A program made the translations under genes and the position numbers. Shown here piece after piece: positions 10,103-20,100 of a DNA stretch of 64,000 bases. The notes beneath the pieces are model-generated. The model saw nothing but the letters and a program-made list of their open reading frames with translations, searched no databases and was not told the origin of the DNA. Within the stretch, counting starts at the first letter, position 1; every line of letters begins with the position of its first letter. The DNA comes from Bdellovibrionales bacterium (GTDB lineage: Bacteria > Bdellovibrionota > Bdellovibrionia > Bdellovibrionales > UBA1609), in the NCBI GenBank assembly GCA_965242515.1, contig OZ251448.1:56978-120977 (forward strand), given 5' to 3'.

Positions 10103-11412
10103 TACCTAATATTTCTTTCCCTAAAGATTTAAAGCAAAAAATAATATTTACTTTATCTGTGCTCATTATTTATCGGGTAGGGGTGCAGGTGCCAACACCG
10201 GGTGTAGACAGAGAGGCTTTAATGGACTTTTTTGCAGGTCAAGGGGGTGGGGTATTAAATATGCTCAACACTTTTACAGGTGGGGCATTAGAGCGGTTTA
10301 GTATTTTTGCTTTAGGTATTTTGCCTTATATTACGGCGTCCATTATTTTTCAGTTATTACAAACGGGTGTGCCTTATTTAGAGCAGTTAAAGAAGGAGGG
10401 AGAGTCGGGGAGACGCAAGATCAATCAATACACGCGATATTCTACTGTGTTATTTTCTATTGTGCAGGGCTATGGTATTGCGAAGATGTTATTGTTACAA
10501 ACGCCTGCGGATGGCAGGACACTGGTTACAGCTCAAATGATAGGTTTTATGCCTTTTGAGGTATTTACGATTATTACTTTAACAGCGGGGGCTTGTCTCA
10601 TTATGTGGTTAGGGGAGCAAATAAATGAGCATGGTATAGGTAACGGGGCTTCGCTCATTATTTTTGCAGGTATTGCAGCGGGTATTCCTTCGGGTACGAT
10701 GAATTTATTTAGAATGGTGGGTCGCGATCAAATCAGCGGTGGTTTATTGTTAATAGTGTTATTATTTATGATAGTGGTTGTAGGTGTGATTATTTTTATT
10801 GAAGTTGGGCAAAGGCGTATTCCCATTCAGTATTCTCAAAGGTCAATGGGCAAGCAACCTTCCACACAGAGCTCGCATTTACCTTTGAAGATTAATTTTG
10901 CAGGTGTTATTCCACCTATTTTTGCCTCCAGTTTGTTATTATTTCCTACAACGCTCGCACAGTATGTCAACCAACCTTGGGCACAGAATTTGCGTGATAC
11001 ACTCACTCCGCAGAGTTCGTTATTTAACATTTTTTTTGTAGCAATGATTATCTTCTTTTGTTTCTTTTATACAGAGGCGGTGTTTCAGCCTATGGAAGTG
11101 TCGGACAATTTAAAAAAATATGGAGGGTTTATTCCGGGTATTCGTGCAGGCAGGAGTACGGCAGATTACATTAAGAGGGTATTAGACAGGTTGACAGTTG
11201 CAGGCTCTATTTATTTAAGTGTGATATGTATTATCCCTACCATTTTAGCTGACAAGATGAGTATGCCTTTTTATTTCGGTGGTACCAGTTTATTAATTTT
11301 AGTGGGTGTTGCTTTAGATACGACACAACAGATTCAATCTCATTTATTAACAGCAAGATATGACAACTTGATGCGAGGGGTAAGGGTTAAGAGTCGTCGC
11401 GTCCAGTATTAG
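10099..11412 (+). CDS. secY: Preprotein translocase subunit SecY
   Basis: [50 protein letters not shown]. Confidence 0.98.
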   Translation: MIPNISFPKDLKQKIIFTLSVLIIYRVGVQVPTPGVDREALMDFFAGQGGGVLNMLNTFTGGALERFSIFALGILPYITASIIFQLLQTGVPYLEQLKKEGESGRRKINQYTRYSTVLFSIVQGYGIAKMLLLQTPADGRTLVTAQMIGFMPFEVFTIITLTAGACLIMWLGEQINEHGIGNGASLIIFAGIAAGIPSGTMNLFRMVGRDQISGGLLLIVLLFMIVVVGVIIFIEVGQRRIPIQYSQRSMGKQPSTQSSHLPLKINFAGVIPPIFASSLLLFPTTLAQYVNQPWAQNLRDTLTPQSSLFNIFFVAMIIFFCFFYTEAVFQPMEVSDNLKKYGGFIPGIRAGRSTADYIKRVLDRLTVAGSIYLSVICIIPTILADKMSMPFYFGGTSLLILVGVALDTTQQIQSHLLTARYDNLMRGVRVKSRRVQY

Positions 11413-11538
11413 CTAGATTAAATACTTTAGAGGGAAAAACCTTGGGATTAGGACTAAAGTATTTATAAAAAAGTCTAGTTTTAAAAAAAATGATTGTAAT
11501 TTATGAAAAAAATATTTATAGTTGCTAATATGAGTAGT

Positions 11539-11655
11539 TCAAGTCTTATCAAGTCTTATCAAGTCTTATCAAGTCTTATCAAGTCTTATCAAGTCTTATC
11601 AAGTCTTATCAAGTCTTATCAAGTCTTATCAAGTCTTATCAAGTCTTATCAAGTC
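11539..11655. repeat. Perfect 10-bp tandem repeat (aagtcttatc) x11 plus partial
   Basis: Directly visible; followed by TATAAT at 11658-11663. Confidence 0.98.
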
Positions 11656-11709
11656 AGTATAATGTACAGTTTGTAAAAACTCAGACTTTCAAAAAATATC
11701 ATCAACTAC

Positions 11710-11778
11710 AGAGAGGGAGGGGTAGGTCTTTAAAGAGACGCTACGCTTGGACTCTTACAGACCTCCCCTCCCTCTCTT
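11710..11778 (+). repeat. Family D hairpin, copy 1
   Basis: agagagggagggg...cccctccctctct inverted arms; near-identical copy at 16732-16800. Confidence 0.88.
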
Positions 11779-11845
11779 TGTTTAAGTTAGTTCTTATAGA
11801 ATTTAAAATAAATCATTAACTTAATATTAAAAGGAGGAGTGTATT

Positions 11846-12679
11846 ATGAAACATACTATTATATTTTTAGCAATTTTGGCTTTACCAAGCTTTAATGTTT
11901 CTGCACGAAGTAAAAAAGATGTACGAGATAGTGCACACAGTGGGTTTGATGAATTAAACGCAGCAACAGAAAAATCACATCAATCTCGTAGTACATGTGA
12001 ATTCAAATACCAAACTAAGAAATTGGACACAGTTTGTGAAGCTATAGGTTTGTGTCAAAAAGATAACATTGTACATACAGAACTATATGTATGTCATTTT
12101 AATCAAAATAACGAGTGTCCTTCCAGCTCAGATTGTATTAAAAAAGGTATGTTCGTAAGCAAAGGTAGCAAGGAAGTCAGTATAAGTCGCAAAAGTGGCA
12201 AGAAATCTCGCAAACCCGCAAACCAACCAAACCCCTCTTCACAAAATAAATGCACTAAGAGGAAAATAGTACCTATAGTAAAAAATGAGGATGGTTTAGT
12301 CATACAATGTGGTGTAATCGCTGATTGTGCAGATAAGAAAAATCAGTATGAATTTAACCATATATGTAGTGCTAAACGAAATGGTACATGCCCTTCAGTA
12401 AGAGATTGTGTTTTAATAAATTCACCTCCCCCAGAAGCTACTTCAAGTGAGGAACAGCCTTCTTCAAGACCAGCAAACACTACACAACAAGCTTTAAACA
12501 ATCAGGCAACTAACTCTCAAAACCATATTAAAGAAGTAAGGAAATGTCACGAATTGAAAAAAGAAGGAATAACATGCGATTATTGGAAAAAAGAAGCTGT
12601 AAAAGATCGTGCAAGAAGTGCTTGGGGCGGATTAGAATCAGAATTAGGAAGATGGAGAGGGTCAGGCAGTACTAAGTAA
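11846..12679 (+). CDS. Secreted cysteine-rich hypothetical protein with duplicated 6-Cys module
   Basis: Strong SD (aaggagg), signal-peptide-like N-terminus, 14 Cys. Confidence 0.8.
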   Translation: MKHTIIFLAILALPSFNVSARSKKDVRDSAHSGFDELNAATEKSHQSRSTCEFKYQTKKLDTVCEAIGLCQKDNIVHTELYVCHFNQNNECPSSSDCIKKGMFVSKGSKEVSISRKSGKKSRKPANQPNPSSQNKCTKRKIVPIVKNEDGLVIQCGVIADCADKKNQYEFNHICSAKRNGTCPSVRDCVLINSPPPEATSSEEQPSSRPANTTQQALNNQATNSQNHIKEVRKCHELKKEGITCDYWKKEAVKDRARSAWGGLESELGRWRGSGSTK

Positions 12680-12705
12680 CAACTATCAATTACAGGAGGA
12701 AGGTT

Positions 12706-13014
12706 ATGAAAGCAATAGTTATTTTTATGATATTAGGTATAGTTTTTAGTTCGAAGGCTACGGTATCGCACATTAAAATCAACGGCGAAATTGTAAAATA
12801 CAACACACATACTGTCCTGTTAAAACAAAAAAATGGCAATAAAATAAAAGTGCCACGAGGGAGTATTCCTATTAGTTTTGGTAAATTGAGATCAGGTCAG
12901 AAAGTTTATGCTCTGAGTTTTGATAGAAAAATGATGAACCAATTTCGCCAAGATATTGTAACTCAAGAAAAATCAAAACAAAAAGGTAAATCAAAACTCC
13001 GAAAAAAACTTTAA
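12706..13014 (+). CDS. Small exported hypothetical protein
   Basis: SD aggagg, hydrophobic N-terminus, basic. Confidence 0.7.
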   Translation: MKAIVIFMILGIVFSSKATVSHIKINGEIVKYNTHTVLLKQKNGNKIKVPRGSIPISFGKLRSGQKVYALSFDRKMMNQFRQDIVTQEKSKQKGKSKLRKKL

Positions 13015-13085
13015 TCTTTTTTTAGGGCAATAAATAAAAAGTGGGGGGGGGCTTTTTGGGGTATTGCCGTTCAAAAAGGCTTTTT

Positions 13086-13167
13086 GGTATCCTAAGCTTT
13101 CGCTAGGAATAACGGCTGACGCAGAAATGACAACAGAGGCTGAAATAACAACTGATGCAGGAATGAC
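13086..13167 (-). repeat. Degenerate family A palindrome plus 18-nt half-sites
   Basis: ggaataac/gaaatgac/gaaataac/ggaatgac at ~18-nt period. Confidence 0.75.
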
Positions 13168-13947
13168 TCTAGAGAAAAAAATCACAAATACTTATACCAA
13201 ATCGTTTAAAAAGCTATACCAGTTTAAAGATTGTATATTTTCTCAATATGAGATTATCAATGCATCTGGTGGAAAAGCAGGTGACGACCTATCTGATGAA
13301 GTTTTATCTGATAATATTTTTGCAAAAAATAAACAAGATATAATAAATAAGATTAAAAAAGTTAATAATGGTAAAATCAATAAAGCAGGCACAATCACTC
13401 TTACTTGTCGTAAGTTTTTAACAGGCGTTACTATAAAACAATGGAATTCTATTTTAATATTAAATAATACTGAATCGGCAGAAAGTTATTTTCAAGCTAT
13501 TTTTAGAATTCAATCAGCATGGTATAAAAATAATAAAGTATTAAAACCCACTGGGTTTGTATTTGATTTTGCCATTTCTCGTTGCTTACGCACTACTTAT
13601 GATTATGCAGATGCTTTAACGGATCAGTTAGATCAGCAAGATAGCCAACACAAAAAACATGATAAAGATAACTTAAAAAAAGTAGTTGATGGGCTTTGTG
13701 AAACTTTAGATATAAAACAATTTTATGAAGGGAGTATAAGATTACACATGTTATTGAAACAAAAGACTCTAAATTTTTTAAAATTGTTACAGGCATAAGT
13801 AAAGACGATTTTTCAGAATTATGTAACAAAGGTTTTATAAATAGAGACTCCCTTAACCGTATTGTTAGAGAGTTTAGACTTCAAGAAGAAACCTCACTAC
13901 AACCAGAAACATATATTTTTGAACATACAAAAGCTCAAGCTTCGTAA
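13168..13947 (+). pseudogene. Fragment of a restriction-type SF2 helicase/endonuclease (C-terminal part), frameshifted
   Basis: TITLTCRKFLTGVT...YFQAIFRIQS...FVFDF helicase-C-like motifs; no genuine start; frame change near 13735-13741, continuing ITHVIE...TGISKDDFSELC...QAS to stop 13945-13947. Confidence 0.65.
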
Positions 13948-14297
13948 AAAAAATACTCTAAGAGCTTATGACAGGTAAGGGGGTGAGATAAATTCTACGC
14001 TGGAATTTATCTAGCTCACATATCTAGCTCACCTGTGGGGGAATTAAACCTGTGAAGCAATTAAATCTGCTGGGGGAATTGAACCTGTGAAGTAATTGTA
14101 AGCACCAACTCCCACAAAGTGCTGTGTTATGTACCTAACGGAGTAAAAATTATTACCCCAGAGGTAAATTTAAAGCCACCAAAAAGTTATTTTTTTTGCC
14201 ACTAATTAAACCATATCGCTAGCCCAGAAATTCTAGACAATAGGGAATTTTATCTATCTTTTAGTTTGTTTTTTTCTTGATTTATTCTGAATTTTCA

Positions 14298-14352
14298 TCT
14301 TATACTAGTTTGTATTGTTAAACCTTGTTTAATATTACAAACTAGTATAAGA
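14298..14352. repeat. 55-bp AT-rich inverted repeat
   Basis: tcttatactagtttgta...tacaaactagtataaga perfect 17-bp arms plus inner stem. Confidence 0.85.
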
Positions 14353-14595
14353 CACATTGCAACATAGCTGAAAAACTTAAATTTTAAAAAAGGGAGGTAA
14401 AAATGCCAACAACAGAAGAAAAAAAGAGAAGGGCATAACCCTGTCGCTGTCGCTAACAAGTTTATCACTAAAAATGAGTAATGGTAATAATAACAACTTA
14501 AGTAATGGTAATAATAACAACTTAAGAGATTCTATTAAGGTATATGTTAAGGTACTTGAATACTAATAAAAGTGTTGATATTGTTTTGAGGATTT

Positions 14596-16629
14596 GTGAA
14601 AAAGCTTGTTCATTTTTTAATTTTAGATTTTGGTTCTCAGTATACATGGCTTATTGCTCGTAGTTTTAGGGAGTTGGGTTTTTACTCGCAGGTAGAGGCT
14701 TTTGATTTTTCTTTAGAGAAGATAAAAGAGCTACAACCTGCAGGTATTATTTTAAGTGGTGGTCCGGATTCGGTATTAGATTCTTCAGCTCCAATTAGGG
14801 ATTTAAAGCAGTTACAATATATAGCCCCTGTATTGGGGATTTGTTATGGTTTGCAGTTAATATGTAAGCAATGGGGAGGGGAGGTAGTTTCTGCTACAGG
14901 AAGTAAAACTGGTAAAGGTGATTTTAGTAAGCGTTCTTATGGGAAGAAGTTTATTTACTGGTCTACACCTATTGCCGATAAGTTTATGTCAGCCGTCATT
15001 CCTTCGTCAGCCGTCATTCCTGCTTCTGCCGTCATTCCTTCGGAGGCAGGAATCCAGAAAGCACCTTTAGTGCGTACAAGCCTGGATTCCCGCCTTCGCG
15101 GGAATGACAATGGGGGAGGGAATGACAATGGGGGAGGGAATGACAATGGGGGAGGGAATGACAATGGGGGAGGGAATGACAATAGGGGAGGGAATGACAA
15201 TAGGGGAGGGAATGGTGATAGGGGAAGCATGCAAGGAGAGCATCAAAAAAAACACGCTATGCGTGGAGCTAAGTTATCGCAGACAATTACAACTAAAGTG
15301 CCATTGACAGATAACGGAGTGAGCATGCAAGGAGTGCATCAAAAGCAACAGCCTTTGGCTGTGTGGATGAGTCATGGGGATATTATATCTAAAGTACCTC
15401 AAGGCTTTGATGTGTTAGCTAAAACAAAACAAAGCACTCCTGCAATTTTATTTCATGCTGGCACAAAAAAAACCTCTATAAATATTAAAAAATATAATAA
15501 TAATAAAAACTTACAAAAACAAGTTAAAGTAAAACTTAAAAAAACTGATAATCGTGTTGCGTATCCGATATTAGCTTTGCAGTTTCATCCGGAGGTATCG
15601 CACACAGTAGGTGGTAAGGAGTTATTATTATATTTTGCGAGGGAGCTTGCGGGCATTTCTTCTAATGGGGGTTGGAAGGCGAGTTCTATATTAGATTTAG
15701 TTAAGTTAGAGGTAGAAAAGCAAATTAAGTCAGCGAAAGATAAGGTATTATGTGCTCTTAGTGGGGGGGTGGACTCGACGGTTGTTGCGTGTTTATTAAC
15801 AAAATTATTAGGTAAGGATAGGGTGTTATGTGTGTTTGTGGATACGGGTTTATTAAGAAAGGGTGAGTATAAAGAGGTGTTATCTTCTTATAAGAGTTTG
15901 GGGTTAAATGTAGAGGGGGTAAAGGCTGGGGAGCTTTTTTTAAAGGCGTTAGAGGGTGTACGAGAGCCTGAGAGAAAGCGAAAAATCATTGGCAAATTAT
16001 TTATTGATGTATTTAAAAAATACTATGAAAAGCCTTATTGTTTGGCTTATTTAGCACAAGGCACTTTGTATCCAGATGTGATTGAGAGTTTTTCTAAGGG
16101 TCCGAGTGCTACTATTAAATCGCATCATAATGTAGGGGGTTTACCTAAGGAAATGCCTTTTAGCTTAGTGGAGCCGTTGAGGTATTTATTTAAAGATGAG
16201 GTGAGGTTAGTAGGCAGGCATTTAGGGGTTTCGGAGTTATTGTTAAAGAGGCATCCTTTTCCGGGTCCGGGTTTAGCCATTCGTATAACGGGGGTAGTGA
16301 CAAAGGCTCGTTTAGATAAATTAAGGCTTGCGGACGCTATTTATATAGAGGAGTTAAGGCGAGCGGGGTTATATAACAAGATATGGCAGGCTTTTTGTGT
16401 GTTGTTGGATGTTAAATCAGTAGGTGTGCAAGGGGATAGTAGGACTTATGAGGAGACGGTGGTACTTAGGGCTGTGGTATCGTCTGATGGTATGACAGCA
16501 GATTGGTTTGTATTTCCACAGCAAGTGTTGCATGATATTTCTGATAGAATTACTAATGAGGTAAAGGGTATAAACAGGGTGCTTTATGATATTACATCTA
16601 AGCCACCGGGGACCATTGAGTGGATGTAA
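14596..16629 (+). CDS. guaA: GMP synthase (glutamine-hydrolysing) with in-frame repeat-derived insertion
   Basis: ILDFGSQYT, LGICYG, WMSHGD, QFHPEV, LSGGVDS, IKSHHNVGGLP, RHPFPGPGL, SKPPGTIEW. Confidence 0.97.
   Translation: MKKLVHFLILDFGSQYTWLIARSFRELGFYSQVEAFDFSLEKIKELQPAGIILSGGPDSVLDSSAPIRDLKQLQYIAPVLGICYGLQLICKQWGGEVVSATGSKTGKGDFSKRSYGKKFIYWSTPIADKFMSAVIPSSAVIPASAVIPSEAGIQKAPLVRTSLDSRLRGNDNGGGNDNGGGNDNGGGNDNGGGNDNRGGNDNRGGNGDRGSMQGEHQKKHAMRGAKLSQTITTKVPLTDNGVSMQGVHQKQQPLAVWMSHGDIISKVPQGFDVLAKTKQSTPAILFHAGTKKTSINIKKYNNNKNLQKQVKVKLKKTDNRVAYPILALQFHPEVSHTVGGKELLLYFARELAGISSNGGWKASSILDLVKLEVEKQIKSAKDKVLCALSGGVDSTVVACLLTKLLGKDRVLCVFVDTGLLRKGEYKEVLSSYKSLGLNVEGVKAGELFLKALEGVREPERKRKIIGKLFIDVFKKYYEKPYCLAYLAQGTLYPDVIESFSKGPSATIKSHHNVGGLPKEMPFSLVEPLRYLFKDEVRLVGRHLGVSELLLKRHPFPGPGLAIRITGVVTKARLDKLRLADAIYIEELRRAGLYNKIWQAFCVLLDVKSVGVQGDSRTYEETVVLRAVVSSDGMTADWFVFPQQVLHDISDRITNEVKGINRVLYDITSKPPGTIEWM
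14988..15362. repeat. Composite A + C repeat insertion inside guaA
   Basis: A palindromes 15031-15055 and 15084-15108 (inverted) with flanking 18-nt arrays; two C units at 96-bp period (15226, 15322). Confidence 0.9.
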
Positions 16630-16731
16630 TTTTTTGTTCATTAATGCTTAAATTATATATGCAATAGTTAATAAAATATTTTGAAAAACATTAGTCTGAT
16701 AATTAAGAAATTTCTTTTTTTACAGAAGCAC

Positions 16732-16800
16732 GAAGCGGGGAGGGGTAGGTCCTTAAAGAGACGCTTCGCTTGGACTCTTACGGACCTCCCCTCCCGCTTC
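16732..16800 (+). repeat. Family D hairpin, copy 2 (possible terminator downstream of guaA)
   Basis: gaagcggggagggg...cccctcccgcttc followed by ttt. Confidence 0.88.
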
Positions 16801-16916
16801 TTTGACTATAAAAAAGTGACATATAATAACTCCTTTATTTGGGGTGGATTCTTAAAAATTCCCCTTTGTTTTTGTAAGTTAAAGAAGCTTTACAAAAAAT
16901 ATTCACTCTCTTTGGA

Positions 16917-17082
16917 GGGGAAAAACCATGCTCAAAACGAGTTCGGATTTGACACAAAGTGGTATCTACTAGATAACACTTTGTGGCAAAACGCGGAGTC
17001 CTAAGCTTTTGAGCATGGTTTTTCCCCGCAAAGCAAGTAGCAAACCGCGGAGTTTTAAGCTTCCCGCTTGCTTTTCTCACTT
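16917..17082 (-). repeat. Family B copy 3 (inverted; perfect 21-bp terminal inverted repeats) plus adjacent partial left arm
   Basis: ggggaaaaaccatgctcaaaa from 16917 and ttttgagcatggtttttcccc ending 17027; partial copy ~17037-17082. Confidence 0.92.
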
Positions 17083-17155
17083 AAAAATGTTCTAAATAAG
17101 AAAATGGTTGGGAGGCATTGCCTTTAAAGTAACTATAGGGCAATAGGTAAAAAAG

Positions 17156-20100
17156 ATGAAAAATAGTTTTGTACATTTACATACGCATACGCATTATTCG
17201 TTATTGAAGTCATCTTGTACGGTGAAGGGGTTAGTGGCAAAGTGTGTGGAGTATAGTCAGCCAGCTGTTGCGATTACGGATTATGGCAATATGTTTGGGG
17301 CGTTGGATTTATATTTTTCTGCTCGGAGTAAGGGTATAAAACCCTTATTGGGGTTAGAGATTTATTTATTAGATGGTGTACCTGTGCGGAATGTGGTAGG
17401 CAGGGGAGGCTCACTTTGTTCTTCTATTGTGCTACTCGCTCAAAATGTAGAGGGCTATCGTCATTTATGTCGCATTAACACGACGGCTTTCTTAGAGGGA
17501 TTTTATTATGTACCACGTGTAAGTTACAACACATTAAAAAAGCACAATGCTCATATTATTGCTTTAACAGGGGGGCTAAATTCGGATGTGGCACAAACTT
17601 ATTTAAAAAAGGGTGCAGATCAAGCTTTAGCTTTAATTAAGAGGTTAAAGGATATTTATTCAGATAGATTATATTTGCAATTAAATAACAATGATGTCAG
17701 TGAGTGGGATGAGGTTAATGCTTTTTTAAAAGAGGCTCATCGTATTACAGGGGTATCGCTTGTTGCAGGTGGGGATGTGCATTATTTAAATCAAAGAGAC
17801 CATGTAGTACAAGATGTATTAATGTGCATTGGTGCTAACAGGACTTTACGGGATCCTGATCGGTTAAAACTTCCTTCTCGTGAGTTTTATTTTAAAAGCT
17901 CTCAACAGATGCGAGAGTTATTTCAAGATACACCCGAGGCGTGCGACACAACTTTAGAGATTAGTGAGAGGTGTCATATCAACTTTCATTTAAAAAAAGA
18001 TGGTCGCCCAGTTTATCACTTACCTCGTTTGCAGTTAGCAGGGGAGGGAGCAGAAACGCAAAAGTTAAAATCGTTAAGTCAGCAAGGTTTAGAAAAAAGG
18101 TTAGCGACTTTGCTTGTGAAGGGTCATGAGTTAGCTTCTGATGTTCGAACAAAGTATCAACAACGATTAGCAGAGGAGCTTAAAATCATCATTAACATGG
18201 GTTTTACAGGTTATTTTTTAATTGTGTATGATTTTGTGCATTGGGCTAGGGAGCGGGGCATTCCTGTAGGTCCGGGGCGAGGGTCAGGGGCAAGCTCTTT
18301 AGTAGCCTATTGTCTACAAATTACTGATTTAGACCCTATGCCTCATCGGTTATTATTTGAGAGGTTTTTAAACCCTGCTCGTATTTCTCTACCTGATTTT
18401 GATGTGGACTTTTGTCAAGAAAATAGAAACAAAGTGATAGAATATGTTAGTCAGAAATATGGTAAGGATTATGTAGCACAGGTGATAACTTATGGTCGCT
18501 TGCAGGCTAGGGCTGCGGTGCGAGATGTTGGGCGTGTGTTAGGTATGAGCTATCCGGAAGTGGATCAGATAGCAAAACTAATCCCTGATAGGTTAGGTAT
18601 TAAATTAGAGGAGGCGATTAAAGACAGTGCTCGGTTACGGGCGTTAATGGAGACAGACCCAAGGGTTGCTAATTTAATGCAACTGGCCTGTTGCATTGAG
18701 GGGCTTATTCGGCATGTCAGCATCCATGCCGCGGGTGTGATTATTGCGGATCATCCTATTGTTAATTACGCACCTTTGTACCGAGGGGCTGAGGGTGAAA
18801 ATGTTATTCAATGTGATTTAAACCATGCTAAAAAAATTGGTTTAGTTAAGTTTGATTTTTTAGGGTTAAAAACTCTTACTCAAATCCACGGCACTTTTGA
18901 CATGATTAAGTACACGACAGGTAAAAGGCTTTCGGCACAAAGTATTTCTTTAGAAGATGATGGTATTTACAAAGTCATGCGTCAGGGCAATACGAAGGGT
19001 GTATTTCAGTTTGAAGGGGATGGCATTACGGATTTGATTGTCAAAGCCAAGCCTTCTTGTTTTGAGGACATTGTAGCTATTAATGCATTATTTCGCCCTG
19101 GTCCTATGGACATGATTCCTTCTTATTTAAAGCGTAAGAAGGGGAAGGTCCGTGTGGAGTATTTATTTCCAGAGTTAGAACCGATTTTGAAAGAAACTTA
19201 TGGGGTTATTGTTTATCAGGAGCAAGTGTTATTGATTGCGGCAAAAATTGCAGGTTACAGTTATGGGGAGGCGGATATTTTACGAAGAGCTATGGGAGAG
19301 AAAACCCCTTCTGTTATGAAGAAACAAAAAAGCCGGTTTTTATCAGGGGCTCAAAAAAACAATTATGGTTTAAAGAAGGCAGAGAAGTTATTTAATTTAA
19401 TGGCAGAGTTTGCCAATTATGGTTTTAACAAATCGCATGCAGTGGCTTATTGTGTATTGGCTGCACAAACAGCATGGCTTAAATACTATTATCCGGTAGA
19501 GTTTTTTGCCTCTCTTTTAACAACAGAGACTAATAATACGGACAAGTTAGTGCAGTATGTGCGGGCAGCCCGAGGGCAAGGTATTAAGGTGCTACCTCCT
19601 CATGTAAATTATTCTGACAATTTTTTTATTGTTAAGGATCGTCAAATTTATTTTTCATTAGAGGCGATTAAAGGTGTGGGCAAAACGGTAGTGGAAGACA
19701 TTGTAGCTATTAGAAAGTCTTTAGAAGGTAAGAGGTTTATTTCTGTACGGCAATTTTTTGAGACGGTAGATTTAAAAAAGGTCAACAAAAAAACGATAGA
19801 AGCATTAGTTAAAGCCGGTGCATTGGATGGCTTAAGTATGAACAGAAAAGAAATTTTAGATAATTACGAAAGTGTGTTATCGCAGGTGGAGCGTCAGAAG
19901 GAAGATCAACTATCAGGTCAGATGAACTTATTTGCAGAAAACACAGCAGGTAAGAGCCCAGTGAGCCAGAAGGATAAAAGTTTTATGTTTTCACCTTGTG
20001 CTGACTGGTTGATGCCTGAAAAGTTAGAAAATGAGAGGTCTGTTATTGGATTTTATTTAAGTGGGCATCCTATGGATTATTTAGATTCGTTTAGGTCTTA

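Noticed and set aside
11530-11676. 48-aa ORF through the 10-bp repeat
   Set aside because: The unit has no stop in any plus frame so an ORF is automatic, and there is no SD
14974-14981. GCCGATAA inside guaA as a sigma-28 promoter
   Set aside because: Lies in coding sequence with no matching -35 element at the proper spacing
14988-15362. Intein or intron in guaA
   Set aside because: No intein splice motifs (terminal HN followed by C/S/T) or intron hallmarks; fully explained by families A and C
16681-17080. ORFs 16681-17004 (+) and 16835-17080 (-)
   Set aside because: Composed of D and B repeat sequence with no independent coding evidence
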